A DNA stretch of 62,473 nt, counting the filler, from Choristocarpus tenellus KU-1152 (taxonomy: Eukaryota > Protista > Phaeophyceae): NCBI GenBank assembly GCA_964200185.2. It is 8 parts of 8 records of this genome, joined end to end, with 100 filler letters (N's around TTAATTAATTAA, not from the genome) between each part and the next. Parts side by side here need not be neighbours in the genome. Positions count along the whole stretch, not along the records: positions 30,068 to 54,735 come from CAXNAD020000204.1; 7 more parts are not named here. One strand, 5' to 3'. The notes beneath the pieces were generated by a model. That model saw nothing but the letters and a program-made list of their open reading frames with translations. It ran no database searches and had not been told where the DNA came from. Positions 36,621-51,200 of this stretch are shown piece by piece. Within the stretch, counting starts at the first letter, position 1, and every line of letters begins with the position of its first letter. The translations under genes were made by a program, and so were the position numbers.

Positions 36621-39600
36621 AGTCTTATCCTTTGCACATTGCCTTTTCATAATCAGTTCACACATGCCTGCCAATTTGTTCATTCTAATTGCTAGTAAAT
36701 ATTTCTTTGAAATTGCCTTTCCGCACACAATGATAAATGTTTCGTTACTTTTTAAACAGAGCGTTCATAGTTCACCAATTCTTATCTCTAAATAGTATCC
36801 TCTAGTAACATCGGTTAGTCCATACTAGTAATGAAGCATTCATTCTATTTCGAGGAGGGATGATAGGTATCAAAGAGTTCATGACATTCTGAAGAAAGGT
36901 AGTTTGTACCACCGTACCATCACTTCTTGATTGCCATAGTCCTACACCAGTTCGGCAAATGCAACCGTCTCGTCCACAGGCTAGACCAGCTCCACATTAT
37001 CTGAGGTTTGCTGACAGGTCTAGTGTTTAGTGCGCGATATGTCTACATCATATTCAGCAGTTATTGCATTAATCCAGTCCAAGAGCTACACCAGGGTCCT
37101 GCACTGTCTAGCCAATGTGAATGGTCCTGTTATTAAGAAGGACCAGTTACACAATTACCTGACGTGTCCCAGACATTGTATCAACTCATGCCCGCTGAGC
37201 AGACTGTCTAAATCTGCCAATCGAATGGGGTCTTAACATTTTTCTAACATGTCGAAATCATCCACTATGGATAATATCAGATCATGTCCGCTGGGTAGTC
37301 TGACATTTCCTGATATCATAAAGACCATGTCTAGCACATACTATATTAATCCAGTCCATGAGCTAGAGCAGGTTCCTACACCAGTCTAGCAAAAGCGATT
37401 GGTCCGTGCTGGAATATGGAGTTTTGGAGAGGTTCAGGGGGGGAAACATAAGTGTACGCCACCCCATTTTGCTTCTGATTTTGATGGGCAACCTTTTTAT
37501 TAGTGTTTGCTCAATACACTCATAAAATATGAAAATTGGAAAAAAAAACTTCTTTATCAGGGCTGCAAAAGTTACGTTACATTTAATTCCGAAGGAAGTA
37601 TTAAAACACAAGGTAAAATTTGTACACCATTCCTATTTTGTATTAAACCACCAGATAAGATTTGTAAACAATTGCTGTTTCATATTAAATCAGATTGGAA
37701 GATTTATATATCAAAAACGAATGAGGATGGGACAAGTCATGAATACAAAAGTCTTCTCTATACACTTACCTACAAACCATTAATATATATATGTTCACAA
37801 AGATGGTGAGTTGTATCTCCAAATCAACCATACATGTTTACTAACAAGGGCATACCAACAACTTGGTAGTAGTTGTACATCATTCCTCAACACTGAGTTT
37901 TTGATAAATGAATTGTGGTACAAAAATTCTGGGGTAGAAATGAGTTGTACATTTTCACCCCTTCAACGTTGACATAAATTTCTGTAGATATATTCTATGT
38001 ACTGATATATACTCACAAATGAGTTAAATCATGATTCGTTCGATGTGTGAAAGATTTTTCATGCCCCTTACATTCAAGGGTGCCTAGATTTCCCCCCCTT
38101 TCATGATGTCTTGTCTACATCGGTAGGTTTTCTTTCTCCTTGCTCTATTGTATCCTCAATTAGCACACCGACAGCACAGAACAAGAAAGAATACCAGAAC
38201 ATGTTTATGTCAATTGGTAGTCCATGGTGGATATTCAGACCTCCCCTTCAATCTGTACTTGACCTTTCTTAACATTATTGAGGGAATGGTTAGCTCAGAA
38301 TGTACTTAGGTTTGATGCTGTCTAGTTGGGACGTATATAGTCCGTTCGCCAATTTCAAAATCGAAGTTATGGACAGATCCCACAGTTACTCATTGGGATT
38401 TGTTTGCTGAATTAGGAGAAACTGTTCAAACTAGAGTACCAAAAAAGGTGCAGCGCCTCCAAAAGAAATCAAAGAGGTAATCATAAAGAGGGCAAGACAG
38501 CCCTAGAAAGGCCAAGTGTACTGAGGTCTTAAGACAGAAATTTGATCAATCAATACTCATGGTACGTGGAGGCATCAGGTGGTCAAGAGTTTGACCCTCT
38601 AATTTCTTAAGAAGGTAAGGCAATGGCAAAGAGACATTAACAAGGCAAGTCCATATGCAGATTTGTAGTACAGGGACACAAATCTGCAAGTAGGTCTAAC
38701 ATCACTGAGGAACGGAACAAACAGGAATTTGCAGAAACTTGCATGGTATTTTTCCTGTCACAAAGAATGTTGCATGCCACTTGCCTTCAAAATGTTCAAG
38801 GTCAGCCATGTGATGCTAGAAGTGTGAACTAGCTCTAATCACAACAGGAAAAACTTCCCTTCTTAAGCTGGCTCTATATGATTAACTGTCACAAGAGGGA
38901 CACCAGATGTGGGAGCTCCACATTGTCTTTGTCATCAATTAGCTCTCATTGAGAAGGTAATATCGATCCCAAATACTTCAGATAGAACATCCTCTAACAT
39001 TTCATTATTGTTGTTGGGTTGGTGAAGAGACTGTGTACAGCACAATACACACTTCTCTTTAATAATAGGAAACACCAGAAATTGAAGCCTTCTGTTGACA
39101 TAAATCTGTAGTGATTCTAAATTTGGACATTAAAAAACAGGCACAAACCACTGCTTAATTGTTACAGAACTTCCGGAACAACCACGAGGATTGTTGGTGA
39201 GTGAACTAAATGAAAACAGATATTGCACAAAAAAAACTCTTCCCATACTTCCAGAGACACCACTCTGCAACAACCAACAGAAACAGTAAGGATACAGCAA
39301 CCAGCGCATTAACTCCTCTGACAGGGACATCACCTCCAGTTACCCTGAGAAACCAGTCTCAACTGCTACCAGCACATTTTTGCTCACCGAATAGGGCAAC
39401 TGGCACAGTGCACACATCCAAAGGTACAACACCCTTGTACACACTGTCATGTAAGTAGGATTTTCCTGAAGGCAATACAGGGAAATTACTCAAACCACAA
39501 CAATAGTACACTGATGAATCTTTGGAAATTGATTGACTTCACATTGTCCATACCTACCTATCATACAAAAAAAAATTCAGGGCATGCATATTATTCACCT

Positions 39601-42078
39601 TGTTCTATCTACAGCATACTCTATATACAGGTTGTTCACATAGATCAGGTGGTATAGTCCACTTGAATTCGGTCACAGGAATGTTGGGGTTAGAATGCTG
39701 GTCAAGACCAGATTGTCTTTGCAAGGTAGAAATTAGTTGTAGTGCAACAGTTTGTTTCTAGGGTAGAAATAATGGTGCTAATATAACTATTACCTGACCA
39801 AAGATCAGGGGCTAGGTAGGGTGAAGGTAGTGAAGAAGTTTCCAGACTAAAAGTGAGGAAATCATTTTTAAGAGATATTGTGGGACAACTGCTTGTGCAG
39901 ATGTGTGCCTTTCACTTTAACCTCCCTGTCAAGGTAAAACAACTCTCCGCTCTACGGAGATTATGTCCTGGATGAGCCCTTGTTGATTTGGAAAGAAATA
40001 TTAATCATGTTATTCAAACAAAGAGACATTTCAACTCCAAGGAGTGCAGCTGAACCTCAATCCGTAGAAGAACCTCATTGATTGGGGCGCTCACATGCCT
40101 GTTGACAGAGATGGAATACTTTTGGAGATAAGATTACACAGTGATTACAATAATCCTAAATACACTATGGATGTAGGGGAAATCCCTTAAAGAAACCCCT
40201 GACAGAAAATCAGTGTATCAACAGGAGTGTATACCCATTGACTGTTCATGGAGCTTATAGAAGTCAGAGAAAATCTGCGAAAAAACAGAAGGCAAAGCCA
40301 CTCATGACAGTGCAAAGAGTCAAGCGCCTATCTAAACTATACTAGACATGTGGAGTGTCACTAAATCGCTGGAAGGCACATAGATATTCACACTCAACAA
40401 AAGTCAGCAGAGTTAATTGAACTTTTCCTGGAGATGATGTTTCATCTCCTCATATATGCTTATGTTGCATCACCCTATTAGAACACCAGCAATAGGTGAC
40501 CACCACTCCCTTGATGGCGCATTCCCCACCCTTGCTCTATCCTCACGACTGAATTCCAACAGTGTGGCTGTCCAAATATATATGTGGGGGAACGAGACTG
40601 CTGTCAGGGTTGTGGGTGGGTACCCAAAAGGAAATGGGTAGGAAATATCAAGTCAGTTGCAACACATCTAGTAAAAGGATGTTTCCCTTGGATCCCCAGA
40701 AAACAACCCCCTTTGTAGTGTTACCCATGAACAAGCCCCTGTACTGATTGGTCTTTCCAAATATAACAGCAGAAACAGCCTTTAGTAACAAATTCCTCCT
40801 TGATGGAGGGTTCAGGTCTCACACGCCTTACCTTAGAAGTCGTATCTTGACCTTTGTCATGAAAAATTTGATGCCAATATGCCAATAAATCATGTTGAGC
40901 TTACTCTAGTGTTTTGTCCAGCCAAAACTGGGGTTAGAATTACACCAATAAATTGAAGACAGTTATATTGTCAATGTGGACCAAAAAAAGGTGATATATC
41001 CTGACAGGAGGTAATGACAGAAAATTGGGCAGGCTTTTATCATGCTGAGAATGCAGATAACGGGGATAATGCTTTATATACTACAAATATTTTCTCTGTA
41101 TGATAATCATGATATCAATCATTTTTTATAATGTTCGCAGAAAATTCTATTGCTGACACTGAAGCTCCACTATTGTGAAATAGGTAGGATGAAAAGAGAA
41201 GGTATTATTATTTAGGCAAAGCCCTCCTTCCATTCAGAACATACTACCATCATTAAATTGGACACGGAGTTTTCCTCATTAATTTTGAAGTGAACCAGCA
41301 AGATTAAAATGGAGGGGTTCCATTCTGAATTTTGACTGTGGTAAAATAAATTGATAAGATTCTCAACTTTGATGAGTGGAAAGTGTAAATCGGAAAAAGA
41401 ACATAATTGCTAATGGTGAATGTAGATTCATATTCATTCCCATTTCTTCATGTAGGTTTATGGCATACCTACCCTCTAGAAAATCGTTCCCAGCACTTCT
41501 GACCTCCCCAGACAAGCCTGATGAGGAAAAATATATCACATTGACACTTTATTATGAGGAGAATTTTGTCCAATGACAATTTTGACATTACTTTGAAATG
41601 ACAAATCTCGGTATAGAGTAGTACCAAAAACTTTGGTAAGTGGATCACTATTCAAGGTGCCATTTTGTGTATCTGGGCACAAAAAAAATAGTGAGGGTGT
41701 GGGCCTCAACAACATGTCGAACCCTTCATAGATTTGTATGACAGAAAGAGAACAGGACTAGGGTAGGGTTATAAAATCCATTGATATAGTATCACGATGG
41801 TAGATATCCAAGCCTTGCAAAAAGCATGCAGCAAGAAACGACATAATGTATCTTACAAACCATTATCCCTCCTTACATCTACCCATAGTCCCAAATGGGA
41901 GTGACGATAGCAATTTTGCTGGCATATACCGTATGATAGTATCCACTTCACCATTGGAAAAATCATGTCATCACTTCACTGCCGACTGTTGTACTGCAGT
42001 ATCCATGAGAGGAAAAGAAAAAAACATGTTTGAAACGGAGCTGAATGAGAGGCAGTAATGGGTTCATATTTTTCTCAC

Positions 42079-45000
42079 CTATTACTGGTACAAGAGTGGC
42101 CCGTTCACTCGAGCCAACACTGAAGGCCATGTATTTCACAATAACATTTTTCAGGTATTCCAAGTTGACGCCTTCTCTTCTCTCCCTCCGTGACGCATCA
42201 GATACCTAGTGATCATATACAAGTTAAAATGTATCAGGAAAGAATTTTTGGGATGACACATGACCAGTTCGTTATCATGATTCACCACCGTAAGAGAGAA
42301 TTCAATAGGCATTGGAAATTAAGGAAGTGATCATTTACCCAGATCCCACCTGTTGTCTTAAGCACTTGTTTTCTTCTGCAAGCCTTTCATGATTCTCCAG
42401 TGAAGCCTGATGCAATGGAAGAGCCTGGATCAGATACAACATATCAAAGTAATGCCTACTGCAACAACCATGCAGCCCCACATTTCACACACAGCACCTT
42501 CAGACGTTGAATATATTTCTCTCTCTCTTCCAGCTGTTGAACCATTCTTGAACCTTTTGCGGCTTGTGTTTGGGCAAGCTCAATGATGCGCTTTTCACTG
42601 AGGTCCCCAGATGCACTAACCTCTAGTTTTGCAATTTGTGTCCTCAGTGCCAACACCTTGCGCAAATGTTTTTCAGGAACTGTATTAATTTGCACTGTCA
42701 ACATAATTGATTCGAACATGTTAACAGCAACTATATGAGTAAATGCACAACAGATCCAAAAGCAGCCTTTGTTTACACCCTTTCCATTGCTTGTCCTGCC
42801 CCTATGGATACCTAGCTAGTGGTAATGCTAATGTCAAGTATGCTTCTCTATATCAAACCCAGACAGGTTAAAGGTTCATAGGAGGGCCATTAAACAACAC
42901 ACCATCACCATCACCATGCTAAGGTGGAACAGCAAGATACAAAATGACCACAAACAAATCTTGAAAGAGTATCGACTTTATGGAGAGAACTACTGTATGT
43001 AGACCCTTTACTCTACGTCAAAAGATCACAGGATATTCTCAGCATATTCTACATTGGGTTCAATGATACCTGCATTTCATTTTCTTTTGCCATCTTCCTG
43101 GCCATGGCAGACCGCCGTGCACTGTCTGCCGAAGCCTCTGCAAAGCGTTCCTCCCATTCCCTGCTTTGGGAAAGTTACTATTGTGAGGTCACCTTGGACC
43201 TTGCATTTGACAACTACAAAAAATATTTCACATACTACGAAGGAATTCAAAATTCAGATTAGAGTTACATTGGAACCCACAGAGCCAAACAGTGATAATA
43301 ACAACCCACACCTACATCATACATGGGGGTTCACATTGCAGTAGTTTGGCATGCAGCAAAGATCAAATTATGCTTAACATCCTCAAAAAAAACTCAAGAA
43401 ATAGAAGGCCGAGAAGAGCAAAAACTAATGGGAGCAGGCCCATCACCAGTAACTGCTGATCATACGGTGCCTATGTACGCAAAATGTTTGTAACTTCTGT
43501 GGTTCAAAAATTCCACCCTGAGCTCCTCATATTTGTAGTCCAGCTTGCCAAATGATTTTCATCCTTTTCAATATGAAAATATTTTGAAGGTGGTACTTGT
43601 GAAGTTGCAGACCCCTTGATGCACATGTACAGAAAAACAGCGATGAAGCTTAGATAACAAAAAGAGTGTCACACTTGACATGAGGACCTTATGCAGACAG
43701 TGAAGTATGTGTTGATCCTCACCAAGCACTCCTCTAATGTTGCCAATAACACCTACACTAGGGGCTTCAAAGACCCTTACAGGGGTAACATGCCCATTCA
43801 TACATAAATGTGGTCAAAACCTTTCCCCACAAACACCAATATAATCATCTATTTACAGTAACTCCACAAATGGGAATACCTCATCACTCCAACAGTGCAG
43901 GCAAGGCAAGCACACCAACTTACATTGCTCATGTGTGCATGTCAGAACTACAAGCGGTCTGCATGTGGGGTAACTTACCTACTTCTGTACTTTTTTCCTG
44001 TATGTCTTGCACAAGTATCAACTACAGCAAAACAATCAAGGGAAATTCCCCATCTTATGTTCAGACAGCATTGCATTAAAAATATCCAAGCTCTTTTAGG
44101 AAAATGCAAAGGGGTCAGTCCAGGGACCGGACCGGATCCAACATCTTCTGGCATGTCCAGACCAGGGCTGGAACATGTCCAGTCCACAGGAGACAGGTTA
44201 CAAATTTCTCAATGTATCCAGATCAGGTCCATAAAGAAATGGAACCTGTCCAGTGCACAGGCTGGACTGGTCTACTTTAAGGCCAGCGCCTGTGCTCAAT
44301 GGACCGGTTCATTTGGTCTATACATGACTCAAAAATGTTGGAATGCGAAGTCATCTAAGAATCCTGTTGTTTATTTCCATACACATTGTAAAACATAGTA
44401 CATAGTTGTGATAATTTTTCTACTATTAAATGCTAAAAAGTTAAACAAAAAAATGTACCTCCATATCATTGGTGTCAGATTCTGCAGTTTAAAGCCTGAA
44501 AATGTACACACAATGTCAGAAGGCATATGTTTTGATGGATAAAGTAGTTTTATCAGTTCAGTCTTGGTGCATAGCTTCATTTTCTTCTTCCTGTATCACT
44601 ACCACCGTCACTAACACTGCTGCTACCACCTGCTGGCATTACAGTCACTGCTCATTGCATCTCAGAGATAGATAACTGTGCCTGTTGTTCTCTGGAGTAT
44701 GTCTCAGTTGAGGGTGTGATGTGAGGCATCTAAAATTTTCTCTACATATACAATATGTATCTTACAAACACATCACATGCTGCGAACACAACAATTAGAG
44801 GATCAGCTCTGAGATTTCTGTTCATAAATATTTGGAATAAAATAAAATTCACAATATTCTGACGCACTTCAATTCTGTATGAAATTAATGTTCAGGTGTA
44901 GTCCAAAAAGAATGTCTTATGAAATCTTCTGATATGCACATACCTTCGCTCTTGAAGGACAGCGTCTTCCACATCCTTATTGTGTGCCTGTTGTTCAGTC

Positions 45001-48000
45001 TTTCTCTGCTCCTCTTCTTGTCCCTTTAGTTCCTTCTCCTTTGCCAGAGAGGCATGCACATCAGCAAGGGCACGCTCCAATTTTGCACATTGTTGGTGAA
45101 GGGAGTTTGCTGATGTGTGGCATTTCTGGAGCTCCTTATCCTTATCCGCCAGAAGCCCTTTCAAACCAACAACCTTTGAACATTTGGGTGCAGTATTAGG
45201 CAACGAGGAGAGGGTATCATGTATTCAATACTAATGCTGTGGGGGCATGTCCAGAAGTCAGTTCAATGACAAAAACATGGGTGAGCACTATTCACCTCCT
45301 GTTGCATGGTGGCAATCATTGCTGTTCGAGTGGCATGGACAGTTTCCGCAGATTGGCTCTCTGTTCGAATCCTGGCAAGAAGTGCGTCCCTCTCATTGAG
45401 GACCTGTTTCAATCCTTCCAGTTCATTCAACTGCGCATTCATCTTCCCCTGAACATACCAAATTCATAGGGTAGCACAGTATATCAACAAGTGGGTTAGC
45501 AATTTGTGAGTATACTGGGATGTTCCATCAGATCACTTGAAAATGCATCTGTGTGAAGCCAATGCCACTCAAAGGAAGTTGTTTGAATCCATAAACAAAG
45601 CATGTCCACATGTTCACACGGTATCTACTACTATCCACATTACAAATAATGAGGTTACCACAGCAACAAGCATACAGGCAGATGCAGCACAAAAGAGATG
45701 CAATTTTTCCTCAAGTATGAAATTAGACAACCTGCACATGGTACACCATCCTTCTGGCTTTGTTAAAATCCAGCAATCCTGTAGAAACGATGTATGGGTT
45801 TGAACCAGGTATTGAAATAATATTTTTTCAGGGAAAAGCTAGTTTCAATAGTCCATGTGACAAGCACTACAGACTGTACATCTGTGTTACTATATATATC
45901 CCTTCTAATCTTATATAACAAAATTGTGGGAAAACCAGAAACATGGTGACAATGCTTTGTTGTGGAGCAATGAGCTATGGGGTAGCTAAACCTAACACAT
46001 GAGAAGCAAGGCACATGTGGAGAAAACACAAATAGTTGTAGTGCGACAGATTGTAGTAAATGAGTATTGGAGTGTATAGTACCCCCAACCACACTTTGTT
46101 CTAGTCTCAGTCAAACACTAAGATAAGAACTACAATAAAACATACCGTTTCTAACAAAAATATGTATCCTAACACACAACAGTGTGCAGTAGTACACATT
46201 GAAGTCAACTGACAGCAGAAGGGAGGGAAAAAGCGGAAGGGATGAGGACAAATGGTAACCATATAAAAAATATTGGGATTGACAGTCTCACACGAAAGCC
46301 TCCAAAGAGGTAGTGCTAGGGACAACCCACAACCAGTAAAGAAACTCACCCGCACTGATTCCAAATCAGCCTTAGTAGCTGCATTGGCTTTGCTCAATTT
46401 AGTCACCTCCTCTTGGCTTCCTGACAAGTCTGCACGCATAGCTCTCACCATCTCTTCATTCTCCTGAAGTGCAGTTTGGCCAATTCTGAGTCCAGCAAGT
46501 CGTTACACTTGCGTTATAAGAAATAGGAAAGAATATCTGCGTGCTCTGACTTCCAAAATGCAACAAGAACAGCAGGTTTGTAGAATTTTACCTCCATAAT
46601 TCTCTGCAGATGGTGCTCCAACTGCTGTTTTCCTGCAAGCACTTGCTTGATTTCCTCCTTCAAAAGAGCAACCTTTCTGAATGTCTCTTTAGAGTCCTCT
46701 CCCTGACACAGGACAGCCGATTTCTTGATCATAAATATGTACAACTATAGAATGCTCTATACCAACTCCATCTTTGTTTTTATACGAACAGTAGCCGTGA
46801 GGAGGAAAGACCTCCTGGGTGTCTCATCATTCCGTTGCTTGAATGAAAACAAGGGCCTTGTGTTCTGTCAGATGTGGTTGGTTCTTGCTCACAGTTGGTG
46901 CACCATGCTGCCTCTTGATTGATAGGGCAACACAAACTATCATTCAACAATGGATAAAGTAACAAATTTGTTCAGTAAATAAAAAGAGGATGTCAATAAT
47001 TCCAAGCCCAAACACCTAACCTGTAAGGTTCCACCTTGGATCAATGCAGGAACACCATTCTCCCTGACACCTTCAACGACCTTGGTGTCACTAGTACCAA
47101 GCATTGATTCCTCCAGACGCTTCTGTAGGTCCAACAATTCTTTTTGATGCACTGCCTCTTGCTTTTGCAGCTCATGTTCCTTGCTTCGGACAGCTTCCTG
47201 TTGGAAGGTAGTGGACAGAGCAACTGCACTCAAATAAATCCAACATCAATCATGGATGCAAATACCCTGCCTTTATGGTCTAACACCAACCTGGTAACTG
47301 CTCTGTATCTCATGAAGTAAGAGGCTTCGTTCCGAGTCCATCTTTTGCCACATAGACCGCATGCTTCTTATATTTGTAGAACCCTGAGGACAGTGGGTAA
47401 TCAGGAAATAAGCTCCAGAACAAAATGGAATGCACTTTGGTAGTCCTCCAGAATCTTTGCAGGGCTGATCAAGATAATATCAAAATTGAAGTATTGCGTA
47501 GCTCTCCCATAGCATTTGCATCCATAAACAGATAACCTGACAGTAACAACTCCCTGGATTCAGCTGTATGAGTGGTATGACCACACCAGATCTTCAATCC
47601 AGGGTTTTCCATAGCTGTACTCTACAGGTACTGCACTGAGTCTACATGCAGATTCACAAGACTGCATGGTAACGCAGAATCACCTCGAGACAAAATAATC
47701 ACCTTCATGATGGAAGGGGATCTCCGCAACTAAAACTTAAGCAATAGGTTGTTCAAATTCAACAGTTCTTTTCTCTCCATACATCTTACAACCAATGTAA
47801 AATAGCTATAAACAGAAATGTACAAACCACTACAATATTATATTTTGATGTATAGTGAAGATATATTGTTTGATTGTGATACCCAGAACATGTAACTATG
47901 GCGGATGGAGTCTCCTTCCTCCTAGGTGAAGACCATATTGCAAAATACATCAAGTACTGTCACGCTCACTGCCTGACTTTTTAAGCTCACCAATTATGTA

Positions 48001-50223
48001 TCCACTTTACGTGTGAAAAGCCTTCATTGAGCCAAAACCAACAGGAGAAGTAGGAACACTTGAATAATTGCAGTTCATCCTTAAACACTAAAATTGAACT
48101 TTCAAAGAAACTAACCTCATTGCATCCACTACCCTTTAAAACATCGCCTGAGGTGTGGGCTGGATTCCCGACCACTTCCTTGGCAAAAAAATCCAACAGC
48201 TCTTGGCGTTCCTGGAGCACTGCTTTATGAGCCTGATCCAAAAAAGACGCCAGAAATTGGATTCATTCATGAAGAGTCATGTTGTACCCACGTAGAATTT
48301 TCCAGGAAAAAAAAACTAGATCATATTTGACATGACAAAAAGTGATCCACCCTCTCCTTCAACAGTGACCACTTGTAAAAGTCTCAGTGACCACAAGCTC
48401 AGATATAGAAGTACAGTTTCTGTATTGATTCTTGTTCCAATGAGAGGCGTAAGTGTAGCCTAAACGGCCCTCACAGCTATGAACTGGTTGAGTAGTGAAG
48501 GGTGGACAAAATGGTGGTAACATCAAGAGAGATAAGTGCTCTGTATCAAAAATTCCAAGGTATTCCATGAAGAGGTCATTTTACCCTCTCACCACTGACG
48601 AGAGTCAGGAGAGCAGTCATTCGTGCCAAGGTGTGAACCTGTAACCTTGATTCTGAGATATCACTGTATCACAAGGGAAGGAAGTCAAGCAACAGACTGT
48701 ACCTCTGGTACAATGTTATCTCAATATTTTGCATTTAGAGAAATTACAAGAAAACCTGGCACACTTGCTAGTACTTGAAATAAATCCTGAAGGGAGGGGG
48801 TTAGGCATGACTAAGTCCTAACATTGTGGACAGCAACCTGAGCACTCCCAATCCCTAAAGGTGAGACTCTAGTGCAGCCTAGTGATGCACTCATTGTCTA
48901 GTACACTTTCAAGATGGAACTTGGAATTACAATCTAGGATGAGGAGTAACAACAGTGCTTTGAATAAATAATTTGTATAATGTTTGCACCATGATGACAA
49001 TACTACTTGTGTCTGACAGTGTGGACCACAGTCATGTACCACCTGAAAAATAATCACACTACAAACCATGACAGTAATCCTAGGCCAGGGTACCTGTTGG
49101 AACAAAGATCCAGCTAAACAAATTGTGATCAACTCCACCAACATTGATATGTGCACTCATATGCTCTCCCAGCTACACAAACCAGAGGAATGGGCATCCA
49201 AGTGCTCCAACCAGCCCTATCAGACTGGATAAAATAAGGCTAAGAAGCTCGCTACAGTCCTCAATAATTTCACAAGCGGTGTAAAGTGAAAATATTTGAT
49301 GGCAAAATGGACATGATCATGTAAGTAAGCCCTGGTTTACCTTACGGCTGATGAGGGAGAGAAGGTCAGGGTGTTAACAATGTCATGAAACTTCTCAATC
49401 ACTGCACCTTACACCCAACGACTTGGGTAGCTTTGATCACAAACTTCCAGTGCAAGATGTGTCTTTTATTGTTTCTAATAATAGGAATGGTATGTAAGAG
49501 TCTGTTCAACATGTACAAAGCAAACTGCACTGAAGTAGAAGTGGGACAGGGGCATCGGAGACTGCCCATAAGGAAAAGTTTAATCACCTAGCCTACTTGA
49601 AGTCACTGGGCTGACAGGGCAGTTGAAGTATGGAGGATACTCGAGACATGATTAATACCAACAATCCAAGCCTGCAATTGTATTTTCATTTAATGCCTCC
49701 ATCAAGAGCTACAACAACACATTCGGTTTTTGTGATAGAAAAATTATTATATGAGATGTCATCGCAAATCATTGAATAATGTAGGCAAGGAATTGAAAAA
49801 GAGTTCAGACCATTTTCTTGACCAACTCTGAGATTGCTGACCTGGGTTAATTGCATGCTTCTCGCCTCGACCACTTCCAAGCGTTTTGACAGCTTCATGC
49901 ATAAATTTACAAGATCCTCCCTTCAGTCAAAATACAAGGGTACAAGTCAGCACGGTACAAGAGAGAAGCTTCGAGGGTCGTGACACGTTGTTCAACACGG
50001 ACAACCAAAGACGATCAAGTAGAATAATACCTTAAAATGTATCGTCTCGAAAGATCAAGTAAAGGCTTCAATTAGTAATATAGTAGTAGCATTTTCAAGG
50101 GAGAGGCTATAATGCAAAACAATCCTCACTAACCTTGGAATATCTTTTGGATTTTTGTCGCCAATAACCGAGGTATCCTCACTTGGCAATGTTCGAGGAG
50201 CTGCATTAGGATTTCCGGCCGAA
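42079..50223 (-). CDS. GRIP-domain coiled-coil golgin, 13 internal exons: 50134-50223, 49842-49920, 48116-48232, 47291-47383, 47021-47197, 46592-46702, 46350-46463, 45296-45448, 44944-45173, 43070-43160, 42498-42656, 42350-42424, 42079-42205
   Basis: All junctions are GT-AG and phase-compatible, giving ~538 uninterrupted codons rich in E/K/Q/L heptads and ending in the GRIP motif GVNLEYLKNVIVKYM...ERATLVPVI; first and last exons not located. Confidence 0.9.
44112..44310. repeat. Intronic GTCCAG/CCGGA-rich MITE-like repeat (related degenerate tract at 36965-37410)
   Basis: Recurrent gtcca, accgga and cacaggct(g/a)gac motifs at both loci. Confidence 0.4.
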
Positions 50224-50710
50224 CTGTCCACGTGGAGGAAACGGGAGACAAAGCAGAATGGACTGTTAATGTGACACATTGTCACATTTGTATGCAAATC
50301 TCTAGTGGTAGGTAGGTATCGATGTGGAACAAACACGTGTTTCAATTTGCTCTTCCGCCTTCCTCGAGACATCTTCAAGGATCAGGAGGATGCATTCCCC
50401 TCTGAGCAAACTTAAACGGTCGGTAGCACATAGAAGCGAATTGTGAACTCCACTCCCAGAAAGATAATCCAAAGTTGCCGACATGCAAGATTGATTGAGT
50501 GTTGAACTAATCAGACGTCACAAAAGAAGTATTGCTTCAATGCAGATCTTCAAGTGCAAACCTGGTCCGCCTCGAGAGGATTCCAGATATAAAATCTTTG
50601 GAACTCATCCTCGATTCGCAGCTCACTTGTTAAGGTGGGTTTTGACAGAGGTTATGTTCACAAGGATTACGAACCAAAACAACAAATATAAGTACGAATA
50701 ATTCGGCTAG
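49940..50710 (-). promoter_or_regulatory. CpG-undepleted 5' region (putative promoter island) of the golgin gene
   Basis: About 31 CpG counted in ~780 bp, versus 1 CpG in 48601-49200. Confidence 0.55.
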
Positions 50711-51019
50711 AAAAATGTATTGATAATCAAATTGAATAAAAATAAACAAATATGTCACATGCCTAGAAACATTATACGGTCACAGAGGGTAGGAGATGGG
50801 CAGGGGGTTGCTCTAGGCTGAAGGGAAGGGGATTGGGCCATTCGATGGCAATAAGGTTGGTAGAGGTGGATGTGGTTTGAGAAGAGGGAAATGATGGCTG
50901 AAAGTCCTCGATATTGATGACATTGTGTGTGTTGAGGATGCTGTTCGTATGGGGTATCCAGGTTCTGTTGCTGTTGCTGTTGCTGTTGGTGCTGTTGCTG
51001 ACCAGATGTTGTTCCCAAC

Positions 51020-51200
51020 GTGTGGGTGCCAGTTTGTTCCTGCGGGGATGGTCATGGTGGACATAGGCCTGGGCGCCAAAGGTGTGAAGATGGGACAGGC
51101 CAGGGTTGTCAAGAATAGTGAGGTGGATATCTCTCAGGCGGGCCATGTCCTATTGGTGGTGCTGGGGAAGGTGACAATACTAGAGAATAAAATGTGCTAA
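51020..51200 (-). mobile_element. Copia integrase C-terminal (SH3-like) fragment
   Basis: PGLSHLHTFGAQAYVHHDHPRRNKLAP matches PxLSHLRxFGxxAYVH...RxKLxP. Confidence 0.7.

Noticed and set aside
50960-51005. PolyQ ORF (QQQHQQQQQQQQ)
   Set aside because: Simple CAG/CAA microsatellite within Copia debris, with no splice support
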